From contig CAWHMT010000001.1 in the NCBI GenBank assembly GCA_963830455.1, positions 179,982-243,981 on the forward strand: 64,000 nt of DNA, written 5' to 3'. This document shows positions 27,410 through 36,028 of the stretch, in pieces. Each line of letters starts with the position of its first letter. The first letter of the stretch is position 1. Source of the DNA: an uncultured Gemmatimonadales bacterium. GTDB lineage: Bacteria > Gemmatimonadota > Gemmatimonadetes > Gemmatimonadales > GWC2-71-9. The position numbers and the translations under genes were made by a program. Under the pieces are notes generated by a model. That model was not told the origin of the DNA. It made no database searches and saw only the letters and a program-made list of their open reading frames with translations.

Positions 27410-28046
27410 TATGTCGATCCACCCACCAGGCGACAATCACGAACAGCCACGCGAAGATGATCCCGCCGATCGCCAGGGCGCGGATGTCCGTCGGCGTCGG
27501 TGTGAACAGCGTGCTGTAGTAGGAACCGGCGAGCAGCACGATCAAGCCCCAGAATCCCCACCGTCCGATGGCGTCGCGCGCGCGAGTCGTGCGCAGGTAG
27601 ATCACCACACCGGCGAGGAGCATCGCGCTCTCGACGATCACGTCGAGGATCGGGTAATTCCACAACCCGAGTCCGAGCTTGGGACCGCCCGGATACAATG
27701 GCATGTCGGGACGGTGCGTCACGAAATCCAGCACCCAGTGGCTCACGACGAGCACGCCGATGACGATCGCGGCCCGCTTATCGCCGCCGCGCGCCTTGTA
27801 GAGGAAGCCAAACGCGGCGCCCCAGACGATCAGCGTGAAGAGGCTGTGCGACCACGGAATGTCATCGAGCCACAGCGTCAGCAGCGGATTCGGGCCTGGC
27901 ACGACGTGCGATTGCTCCAAGCCGAGCAGCAGGAAGACCGGCCAGAGCAGATCGGCGAGCGTGGGCGCGACGAACAGCGTGCCCAGGCTCGTGCGCGGCG
28001 CGAGCCGCTTGGCGGCGAGACCCAACGCGTAGTGGCCGATGAACAT
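27375..28046 (-). CDS. polytopic membrane protein, possibly a membrane-bound metal-dependent hydrolase (YdjM/DUF457-like)
   Basis: 223 aa with about 6 TM segments and His-rich loops (MFIGHYALG, PWSHSL, VSHWVLDFVTHRPD). The function call is weak. Confidence 0.6.
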   Translation of the reverse strand: MFIGHYALGLAAKRLAPRTSLGTLFVAPTLADLLWPVFLLLGLEQSHVVPGPNPLLTLWLDDIPWSHSLFTLIVWGAAFGFLYKARGGDKRAAIVIGVLVVSHWVLDFVTHRPDMPLYPGGPKLGLGLWNYPILDVIVESAMLLAGVVIYLRTTRARDAIGRWGFWGLIVLLAGSYYSTLFTPTPTDIRALAIGGIIFAWLFVIVAWWVDRHRDSGLGLGPRA

Positions 28047-28050
28047 CGAT

Positions 28051-28527
28051 CTATCTCCTCATCAGGCGTTTGAGGATCTGGATCTGGCCGGCGTGGTAGA
28101 GGTCGTGCGAGGCGATGCCGTAGATCTCGGCTTTGACACGCCACTTGGAGTGCCAGCCGCGGCGACCGAGCTGCGCGGGCTTCAGCTCCGTAATCGCCCG
28201 GCGCAGCAGCCGGTGCTGCTCGTCGAGTAAGTCCCGGTCGCGCTTCCAGGCGGCGTCACTCGGCCGGCCGGGCAGCGCGGGCCAGTTCGCGCCATCGCGC
28301 GGGAAGGCGATGTCGGGATCGCGCAACAGCCGGCGCCGGACCATGCACTTCCAGTACGCGGTGTGTAGAACGAGATCCCAGATGCAGTGTCGGTTCCGGC
28401 CGGGACGCCACAAGGCCTGGCGCGCGCTGATGCCCCGGATCGTGCCCTTGAGCGGCGTGCCGTGCCAGGAGGGCGCCGCGTAGGCCTGATCGAAGACTTC
28501 CAGGAGCAAGCGGACGCGCTCGTCCAC
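28051..28527 (-). CDS. DinB-family protein
   Basis: 158 aa, ..IWDLVLHTAYWK.., IASHDLYHAGQIQILKRL (DinB four-helix His triad pattern). Confidence 0.8.
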   Translation of the reverse strand: MDERVRLLLEVFDQAYAAPSWHGTPLKGTIRGISARQALWRPGRNRHCIWDLVLHTAYWKCMVRRRLLRDPDIAFPRDGANWPALPGRPSDAAWKRDRDLLDEQHRLLRRAITELKPAQLGRRGWHSKWRVKAEIYGIASHDLYHAGQIQILKRLMRR

Positions 28528-29790
28528 CTAGCCGCGCCTCAACAGGGCGTATTCCTTCTTTCCCTTGCGGAGCAGGAGATTGCGGCCCCCGATCCAGTCG
28601 TGTGGCGCGATGCTGCGCGCCACGTCCTCGATGCGCTGTTGATTGACGTAGATGCCGCCCTGTTCGATGGCGCGGCGCGCCTCGCTCTTGGACTTGGCGA
28701 GGCCCGCTTGCGTCAGCAGATCGACGAGCGCGAGGCTGTCGTTCCCCGGTACCACGACCGTCGGGATCTCGCCCGCCAACACCTCGAAGACCTGCGGATG
28801 GACTTCCGCCTGCTCCTCGCCGAACAGAATCGCCGACGCGGCCTGAACGCCCGACAGCACATCCGCCCCATGCACGAGCGTGGTCACCGCGCCGGCGAGC
28901 GCGCGCTGCGCCGGCCGCTTCGCGGCCTGCTTCGCCTGCTGCGCCATCAGCGCATCGATCTCCGGCGCGGAGAGGTGCGTGAACAGCTTCAAGTACTTCT
29001 CGACGTCGCGGTCGTCCGTGTTGATCCAGAACTGGTAGAACCTGTATGGCGACGTGAGCTGCGGATCGAGGTAGATCGCCCCCTCTTCGGTCTTTCCGAA
29101 TTTCCGGCCCGACGCCATGGTGACGAGCGGCGCGACCAGGCCGTGCGCCTCCGCGTTGTCGATGCGGCGAATCAGGTCCACGCCCGCCGTGATGTTGCCC
29201 CACTGATCGCTGCCGCCCACCTGCAGCGTGCACTGCCGCTCGCGAAACAGATGCAGGAAGTCGTACGCCTGGAGCAGCATGTAGCTGAACTCCGTGTACG
29301 AGAGTCCGGACTCGAGCCGCGCCTTCACCGATTCCTTCTGGAGCATGATGTTGACGGTGAAGTGCTTGCCGACGTCGCGCAAAAAGTCGATGAGTCCCTG
29401 CGAGCCGAGCCACTTCGCGTTGTCGAGCAACAGGGCCGCCGTCGGTCCCGCGCCGAACTCGAGAAAGCGGGCCATCTGATCACGTTGATGCTGGAGATTC
29501 TGGCGGATCTGCTCCTTGGACAGCAGCGGGCGCTCGCCCGCCTTGCCGGACGGATCGCCGATCAGTCCGGTGCCGCCGCCCATCAGCACGATGGGCCGGT
29601 GCCCGGCGCGTTGCAGATTGGCGAGCAGCATCAGCGGCATCAGGTTGCCGAGCTGGAGCGACGGCGCGGTGGGATCGAAGCCGCAGTACGCCGTCACGGG
29701 ACCCTTGGCAAAATGGGCGGCGAGCCCGGGCGTCGCCTGCTGCACGAAGCCGCGCCACTCGAGTTCCGGCAACACGTTAGCCTTCGTCAT
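28528..29790 (-). CDS. tyrS: tyrosine--tRNA ligase
   Basis: 420 aa, YCGFDPTAPSLQLGNLMPL (HIGH-region equivalent), KFGKTEEG (KMSKS equivalent), C-terminal S4-like domain. Confidence 0.95.
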   Translation of the reverse strand: MTKANVLPELEWRGFVQQATPGLAAHFAKGPVTAYCGFDPTAPSLQLGNLMPLMLLANLQRAGHRPIVLMGGGTGLIGDPSGKAGERPLLSKEQIRQNLQHQRDQMARFLEFGAGPTAALLLDNAKWLGSQGLIDFLRDVGKHFTVNIMLQKESVKARLESGLSYTEFSYMLLQAYDFLHLFRERQCTLQVGGSDQWGNITAGVDLIRRIDNAEAHGLVAPLVTMASGRKFGKTEEGAIYLDPQLTSPYRFYQFWINTDDRDVEKYLKLFTHLSAPEIDALMAQQAKQAAKRPAQRALAGAVTTLVHGADVLSGVQAASAILFGEEQAEVHPQVFEVLAGEIPTVVVPGNDSLALVDLLTQAGLAKSKSEARRAIEQGGIYVNQQRIEDVARSIAPHDWIGGRNLLLRKGKKEYALLRRG

Positions 29791-29821
29791 GGCGGCGAAT
29801 CTACGGCCTTACTAGGTTTTA

Positions 29822-32023
29822 GTGCAGATGGCATTAGCCACGTCCGCTTCGCCGCCCTCCGCCGCCGCTCGCCGCCCCTGGGTCATACGCTGGTGGTACG
29901 ACCCGGTGCAGCGCCGCCGCGTGATTGTCGCGACCGTGCTGGCCCTGCTGTACGCGAGCGGCCTGGCCTACGGGTCGTGGACCCGCGTGTGCGCCGCCGA
30001 GCGCTGCCCCAGCATCATGCGGATCAGTCCCGAGCACAACCCGCAGGTCCAGACCTCCAAGGTGTACGCAGCCGACGGCCGCCTGATCACCGAGCTGGGG
30101 ATCGAGCGCCGGACCGTGCTGCCGCTCGCAGAGATCCCCGTGCACGTGCGCCAGGCGTTCGTCGCGGTCGAGGACAAGCGGTTCTACGACCACCACGGCA
30201 TCGATTACTGGCGCATTCTGGGAGCCGTCAAAGCGAACGTCACGACGCTGCGGTACGCGCAGGGCTTCTCCACCATCACCATGCAGCTCGCGCGCAACGT
30301 CTTTCCGGATCATCTCGGCCGTGAGAAGCGGCTGACGCGCAAGCTGCGCGAGGCGCGCGTCGCCGTGGAGCTGGAGCGGAATTTCCCGAAGGACACGATC
30401 CTCGAGCTCTACCTCAACCAGATCAGCCTCGGTCCCAACGTCGCGGGCGTCGAGGCCGCGTCGCAGGTGTTCTTCGGGAAGTCGGCGCGCGATCTGAACG
30501 TCGCGGAGGCCGCGACGCTCGCGGGACTGCCCAAGGCGCCGGGAACGTACAATCCGCGTGTCCATCCCGACAACGCGGTCCGCCGCCGCAACGTCGTGCT
30601 CGCGCTGATGCGCGATCAGGGCTTCATCAGCCCCGAGGACGCGGAGTTCTGGAAAGCGTACCCGCTGGTCCTCACGACGCGGCGCACCAGCTACGGCGAC
30701 GTCGCGCCATACTTCGTCGAGTGGCTGCGCACCGCGTTTCTCGAGCCGCGCTACGGCCGCGATCTGTACGACAAGGGACTGCGCATCTATACGACGCTCG
30801 ACCTCGACATGCAGGAGGCGGCGGAGCAGTCGCTCCAGTCGCAGCTCGACGAGATCGAGTCGGGCGTGTTCTCGAACGGCAAGTTCGAGGGGACGTCGTA
30901 CCGCGAATACCTGGAGCAGGGCCGCGCGACCGGGGACGAAGTTGGCCCGTTCTCGCAGTACCTCCAGGGCGCGCTCATGGCCATGGACGCGAAGACCGGC
31001 AACATCCTCGCGATGGTGGGCGGGCGCGACTTCGTCGACTCGAAGTGGAATCGCGTGACGCAATCGGCGCGGCCGCCGGGGTCCACGTTCAAGCCGTTCG
31101 TCTATTCGGCCGCCGTGCGCGCCGGGCATCCGGTGACGGAGATGCTCGACGACACGCCGCTGAATCCGCCGGTGATCCAGCTCGACAGCTCGCTGTGGCA
31201 GCCGAAGGACTACGACGACACGACCCTCGGCCCGATCCCGATGCGGCAGTCGTTGTATCTCTCGCGCAACCTGTCCACGATCAAGCTCGGGATGGCGATC
31301 GGCGAGCAGACGGTGATCGGAGAGGCGCGGCGCTACGGGATCACGACGCCGCTGCCGCCGTATCCGTCCATTCACATAGGCGCGCGCGAGACCAAGCCGA
31401 TCGAGCTGATCGCGGCCTATTCCGCGTTCGCGAATGCGGGCGTGCGCGTGGAGCCGATCGGCATCCAGCGCATCGAGGACCGGCAGGGGAACATCCTCTA
31501 TCAGTCCACGGTCAAGCGCGAGCAGGTGATGGATCCGGAGCATAACTGGCTCATGCTCGACATGATGCGCGACGTGATGCGCTGCCAACCCGGCTCGGGG
31601 CCGCATCGCTGCGGCACCGCCGCGGGCGCCGTCGCGGGGCTGCGCGTGCCCATGGCGGGCAAAACCGGGACGACCGACGACTACACGGACGCCTGGTTCG
31701 TCGGCTTCACGCCGGAGATCGTGACCGGGATCTGGATCGGCTACGATCTCCAGCGCCGGATCATGAACAACGCGGGCGGCGGCCGGATCGTCGCGCCCGC
31801 GTGGACGAAGTTCATGCGGGACGTGTACGAGCGGCGGCCCGCGCCCGCCGACTGGGCGCGTCCCGAGGAGCTCGTCTCGCGCGAGGTCGACTGGTCGAAC
31901 GGATTCCTCGCGACGCCGTTCTGCCCGCTCGAAGTGCGCCGCTGGGAGTGGTTCTATCCCGGGACTGAACCGACTCAAGTTTGTCAGGTCCACTCACCCT
32001 TTGGCGTGGGAGTTACCCCCTAG
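29822..32023 (+). CDS. mrcA: penicillin-binding protein 1A (bifunctional glycosyltransferase/transpeptidase)
   Basis: 733 aa, EDKRFYDHHGIDYWRILGA, RKLREA (GT51 motifs), GSTFKPFVY (SxxK), KTGTT. Confidence 0.9.
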   Translation: MQMALATSASPPSAAARRPWVIRWWYDPVQRRRVIVATVLALLYASGLAYGSWTRVCAAERCPSIMRISPEHNPQVQTSKVYAADGRLITELGIERRTVLPLAEIPVHVRQAFVAVEDKRFYDHHGIDYWRILGAVKANVTTLRYAQGFSTITMQLARNVFPDHLGREKRLTRKLREARVAVELERNFPKDTILELYLNQISLGPNVAGVEAASQVFFGKSARDLNVAEAATLAGLPKAPGTYNPRVHPDNAVRRRNVVLALMRDQGFISPEDAEFWKAYPLVLTTRRTSYGDVAPYFVEWLRTAFLEPRYGRDLYDKGLRIYTTLDLDMQEAAEQSLQSQLDEIESGVFSNGKFEGTSYREYLEQGRATGDEVGPFSQYLQGALMAMDAKTGNILAMVGGRDFVDSKWNRVTQSARPPGSTFKPFVYSAAVRAGHPVTEMLDDTPLNPPVIQLDSSLWQPKDYDDTTLGPIPMRQSLYLSRNLSTIKLGMAIGEQTVIGEARRYGITTPLPPYPSIHIGARETKPIELIAAYSAFANAGVRVEPIGIQRIEDRQGNILYQSTVKREQVMDPEHNWLMLDMMRDVMRCQPGSGPHRCGTAAGAVAGLRVPMAGKTGTTDDYTDAWFVGFTPEIVTGIWIGYDLQRRIMNNAGGGRIVAPAWTKFMRDVYERRPAPADWARPEELVSREVDWSNGFLATPFCPLEVRRWEWFYPGTEPTQVCQVHSPFGVGVTP

Positions 32024-32036
32024 TTCTGAGTCGCAA

Positions 32037-32163
32037 GAGAAGTTGCAACACGCCAAGTTGCGAAGTGGTTGCAAGTGCACGAAACAAGAGGCCAGGAGAT
32101 CTTCCTGGTCTCTTTCGCTTCATGCTTGGAACCACTTGCAACTTGGCGTCTGCGCAGCTTCTC
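32037..32163. repeat. 127-nt nested inverted-repeat element (candidate structured RNA or REP/MITE-like repeat)
   Basis: 39-nt arms 32037-32075 and 32125-32163 pair at about 32 positions. An inner palindrome GGCCAGGAGATCTTCCTGGTC lies at about 32090-32110. The element sits in a 164-nt spacer that looks relatively AT-rich (not computed). Confidence 0.7.
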
Positions 32164-32187
32164 TATTGGCTAGTAGCTTCCCGCTTG

Positions 32188-33394
32188 ATGCTGAGAATTC
32201 GCGCCGGCGTTGTCCATCCAGTTACGTCGCCATCCATTGACGATGGCGCCGTTCTTGTCGATGACGGCGGCCGCGTCGCCGCGGTCGGGTCGAACGAGCA
32301 GGTACCGGTGCCGCACGGCGTCCAGTCCTTTGAGTTCTCTGATGCCGAGCTGACGCCGGGACTCGTGAACTGCCACACGCACCTCGAGCTCAACCAGCTC
32401 GGTGGCGGGGTGCGGCACGACGAGCCCGAGTTCCTCACATGGATCCGGCGCATTCGCGAGTTGAAGGACGCGACCAGCGTCGACAGCCTTCTATGAGGCC
32501 GCCGTCGCTGGAATCAAGGACTGCTGGTCACGCGGCGTGACGTGCGTCGCGGAGACCGGGAGCACGGGCGCCGTCATGCGCGCGCTCCATGATCTGGGCG
32601 GCCGCGGCATCGTGTACCAGGAGGTGTTCGGCCCCGATCCGGCGAAATCGGCAGAGAGCATGCGGGAATTGGAGGCAGCCGTCTTGCAACTTCGGCGCCT
32701 TGCAACTTCGCAACTGTTAGTTGGCGTCTCACCGCACGCGCCCTACACGGTCAGCGGTCCGCTGTACGAGGCGGTCGCGGCCTTCGCTCGACAGGAAGAG
32801 CTGCCGATCGCGGTGCACGTCGCCGAATCGCCCGACGAGGTCCGGCTGGTGCGCGACGGCGCAGGTGCGTTCGCCGAAGCGCTGCGCGCGCGGGGCATCG
32901 CGATCGCACCGGCACGGTGCTCGCCGGTCTCGTACCTCGCGCAGCGCGGCGTGATCCGAACCGGCACCCTGTGCATTCATGCGATCCAGGCCGATGCAGC
33001 GGACGTCGAATTGCTCCGTTCGTTGCGGGCCACGGTTGCCCACTGTCCCCGCTCGAATGCCGCGCATCGGCACGGGCGGATGCCACTGGCCTTGTTCCAG
33101 CAGGCTCGTGTGCCCGTCGGACTTGGAACGGACTCCGTGGTGAGCGTCGGCGATCTGGATTTGTGGGCCGAGGCCGAGGCTGCGGGGCTGCGCGGCGAGT
33201 CGGCGCTCCGAGCGCTTACAATAGAAGGCGCGCGCGCGCTCGGCTGGGACACCGAGATCGGCTCGCTGGAAGTCGGGAAAGCCGGAGACTTGGCAGTGTT
33301 TCCCTTCGCCGCCCTTCGCCGCCCTTCGCCGCCCCCCGCCGCCCTTCTCACAGTAGTCAGCGGCCGAATCGTGCACCAGATTTCCGGCCAATGA
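32188..33394 (+). pseudogene. amidohydrolase-family deaminase/chlorohydrolase (MtaD/SsnA-like), frameshifted
   Basis: N-part from ATG 32188 reads MLRIRAGVVHP..GLVNCHTHLELNQ..WIRRIRELKDATSVDSLL*, with the stop at 32494-32496. It continues in the +1 frame, open from 32465, as (A)FYEAAVAGIKDCWSRGVTCVAETG..SPHAPYT..VHVAES..GLGTDS... Deleting one base near 32486-32488 restores one protein of about 400 aa. Confidence 0.8.
33302..33351 (+). repeat. 10-bp tandem repeat (CCCTTCGCCG x3 plus two degenerate units) inside the amidohydrolase 3-prime end
   Basis: cccttcgccg cccttcgccg cccttcgccg ccccccgccg cccttctcac. The period is not a multiple of 3. It encodes ..PFAALRRPSPPPAALL.. about 45 nt before the ATGA junction with argR. 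Confidence 0.8.
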
Positions 33395-33849
33395 AAACGC
33401 AGCGTCACGCGGCCATTCTGCGACTCGTGCGTGGAGAGACGGTGGGCAGCCAGGAGCAGCTGCGCGAGCGTCTCAAAGGGGAAGGGTTCAACGTGACGCA
33501 GGCGACGCTGTCGCGGGACATTCGCGAGCTGGGACTCGCGAAGGTCGCCGCCCCCGACGGCGGGTCACACTACGCGGCGGGAGCCGAGGGGACGCCGGGC
33601 ATGCGCCCGCATCTCGAGCAGCTCCTTCCGACCATGCTCGTTTCGGCCGAAGGCGTCGGTCCATTGCTCGTTCTCAAGACCACGACGGGCGCGGCGCAGG
33701 CGCTTGGCCTGGCACTGGACGGCGCCGGCTGGAGCGAGATCATCGGCACCATCGCCGGTGACGATGCCATTCTCGTCATCACTCGCAGCGAGCGAGGCCG
33801 CCGCGCCGTGCAGGTGCGGCTGCGAGAGCTCGCAGGACTCCCCACATGA
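33391..33849 (+). CDS. argR: arginine repressor
   Basis: ATG at 33391 (ATGA overlap) gives MKTQRHAAILRLVRGETVGSQEQLRERLKGEGFNVTQATLSRDIRELGLAKV.., GTIAGDDAILVI. 152 aa. Confidence 0.9.
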   Translation: MKTQRHAAILRLVRGETVGSQEQLRERLKGEGFNVTQATLSRDIRELGLAKVAAPDGGSHYAAGAEGTPGMRPHLEQLLPTMLVSAEGVGPLLVLKTTTGAAQALGLALDGAGWSEIIGTIAGDDAILVITRSERGRRAVQVRLRELAGLPT

Positions 33850-34571
33850 ACACTCGGACGATTGCCGCACTCGTGCTGCTTGCGCTCTCCTGCAAAACCC
33901 AGTCACAACCTCCACAACCTCCACCGGCCTCCACCAACGCTCCCCAGAACGTCCTGACCGATGCCGAGAAAACCGCGGGGTGGAGGCTGCTCTTCGACGG
34001 TAGGACCACCGCCGGCTGGCGCAACTACGGCAAGCAGACGATCTCGGACGGCTGGGTCGTGCAGGACGGCGCGCTCACCCGCACCGGCGCGGGCGGCGAC
34101 ATCATCTCGAACGACGCGTTCGGCAACTTCGAGCTGTCGATCGATTGGAAAATCGAGCCGGGCGGCAACAGCGGCATTTTCTATCGCGCGAGCGAGGAGA
34201 ACGACGAGATCTACTGGAATGCCGTGGAGATGCAGGTGTTGGATGATGCCAAGCATCCCGACGGCCAGAATCCACTTCAGTCGGCGGGGGCAGCCTACGA
34301 CCTGTATCCGGCGCCGCGCGGCCACGTGACACCCGGCGGCGAATGGAACAGCGCGCGGCTCGTGGTGAACGGCAACCACGTCGAGCATTGGCTCAACGGC
34401 TTCAAGATGGTCGAGTACGAGCTGGGCAGCACCGATTGGAACTCCAAAGTCGCCGGGAGCAAGTTCAAGCCGCATTCCAAATTCGGGAAGAACGCGCAAG
34501 GACACATCGGACTCCAGGACCACGGCAACGTGGTCGCTTACCGCAACATCAAGATTCGAGCGCTGCCATGA
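33846..34571 (+). CDS. DUF1080 (3-keto-disaccharide hydrolase-like) lipoprotein
   Basis: 241 aa, signal peptide plus LSC lipobox, then GWRLLFDGRTTAGWRNYG.., NSGIFYR, GHIGLQDHGNVVAYRNIKI. Confidence 0.85.
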   Translation: MNTRTIAALVLLALSCKTQSQPPQPPPASTNAPQNVLTDAEKTAGWRLLFDGRTTAGWRNYGKQTISDGWVVQDGALTRTGAGGDIISNDAFGNFELSIDWKIEPGGNSGIFYRASEENDEIYWNAVEMQVLDDAKHPDGQNPLQSAGAAYDLYPAPRGHVTPGGEWNSARLVVNGNHVEHWLNGFKMVEYELGSTDWNSKVAGSKFKPHSKFGKNAQGHIGLQDHGNVVAYRNIKIRALP

Positions 34572-35906
34572 GCCGAAAAGGGATCTCGCGCCGCCACTTC
34601 GTCGGCGACATCGCTGCGGGTCTCTCGTTCACGATCGTCCCCGGACACGTGCTGAGCCGGCGCGGGCGGATCGCGCCGAGCGACAAGCTGAACATCGCCT
34701 GCATCGGCGTCGGCGGCATGGGTGCCAACGACGTGCGTGGGCGTGGGGAAGACCGAGAACATCTACGCGCTGTGCGACGTGGACGAGCGCCAGGCGCTGC
34801 CGTCGTACACCGGATTCCCACTGGCGAAGCGATTCAAGGATTTCCGCGTGATGCTCGATAAAGAAGGAAAGAACATCGACGCGGTCACGGTCTCGACGCC
34901 CGATCATACTCACACGGTCGCCGGGATGATGGCGATGAAGCTGGGGAAACACGTTCGCATCCAGAAGCCGCTCGCGCGCACGCTGTGGGAAGTGAAGCAG
35001 CTCGAGGACGCGGCGCGGAAGTACAAGGTCGCGACGCAGATGGGAAATCAGGGGCACGCCGATGAAGGCACCCGGCAGATCCGCGAGTGGGTGGAGGCGG
35101 GCCTGATCGGGACGGTGCGTGAAATCCAGCTCTGGACCAACCGCCCGATCTGGCCGCAGGCGCTCGACCGGCCGCTCGAAACCCTCTACACACCGGCCTG
35201 GCTCGATTGGGATCTCTGGCTCGGGCCCGCGGCCGACCGGCCCTATCACACCGCGTATGCGCCGTTCCGCTGGCGCGGCTGGTGGGATTTCGGCACTGGT
35301 GCGCTGGGCGATATCGCCTGCCATTCGATGGATGCGTCGTTCTGGGCGCTCGATCTCGGCTACCCGACCCGCATCGAGGCCGAATCCACCAAGCTGTTCA
35401 CCGAAACGGCGCCCGCCTGCTCACGCATCACCTATAGCTTCGCGGCCAAGGGCAATCGTCCCGCGCTGACCGTGGTGTGGCGCGACGGCAGCCTGTATCC
35501 GGCGCGTCCCAAGGAAGTCACGGACCCGCTCGCATGGCCGTTCGATACGAGTGGGCAACTGTGGATCGGCGACTCCGGCAAGCTCGTCGCCGGGATTTAC
35601 GGCGAGAATCCGCGGCTGCTCGATGCGGCCAAGCAGGCCGAGATCACCGCACACCCGCCGGCACAGAAGTACCCGCGCACCGAGGGCAGCTACGCCGAAT
35701 GGATCGCCGCTTGCAAAGGCGGTACGCCGGCCGGGTCCAACATCCCCGATCATTCGGGCCCGCTCACCGAAATGGTGTTGCTCGGCAATCTCGCGGTCCG
35801 CACGGCGCAGCCCATCGATGTGAATCCCCAAACCGGTGCGGTGCTCACGCCGGGCATCCCTGAGGAGTATCTCAAACCGAGATATCGGCAGGGCTGGGCA
35901 TGGTGA
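34568..35906 (+). pseudogene. Gfo/Idh/MocA-family oxidoreductase with Tat signal, frameshifted
   Basis: ATG at 34568 gives MSRKGISRRHFVGDIAAGLSFTIVPG..KLNIACIGVGGMGANDVRG, then the protein continues in the +1 frame as VGKTENIYALCDVDERQ..STPDHTH.. to 35906. Deleting c at about 34742 joins them. Confidence 0.8.
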
Positions 35907-35908
35907 GA

Positions 35909-35976
35909 AGCTATCGGCTATCGGCTAACAGCTATCGGGCGGTCGACCTGATAGCCGATGCCGGTAGCCGATAGCT
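35909..35976. repeat. CTATCGG-type imperfect palindrome, second copy of the queA-tgt element
   Basis: AGCTATCGGCTATCGGCTAACAGCTATCGGG (35909-35939) is 27/31 identical to 6856-6886. It is followed by a GTCGAC centre and the inverted arm CCTGATAGCCGATGCCGGTAGCCGATAGCT. Confidence 0.75.
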
Positions 35977-36006
35977 CCTTGCGCGATGCTCCGGTATCAG
36001 TGTATT

Positions 36007-36028
36007 TTTATGCACTCATATGCATAAA
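36007..36028. promoter_or_regulatory. ARG-box-like palindrome overlapping the argG start codon (putative ArgR operator)
   Basis: TTTATGCA-CTCATA-TGCATAAA has perfect 8-bp inverted arms in the most AT-rich patch I noticed in the window. The argG ATG (36020) lies inside it, and argR is encoded 2.2 kb upstream. Confidence 0.5.

Noticed and set aside
32037-32163. The nested inverted repeat as a known RNA (SRP/4.5S, 6S, tmRNA or RNase P).
   Set aside because: None of the conserved motifs I can recall is present, such as the SRP GGAA/AGCA apical loops or a tmRNA tag ORF. It is kept only as an unknown structured element.
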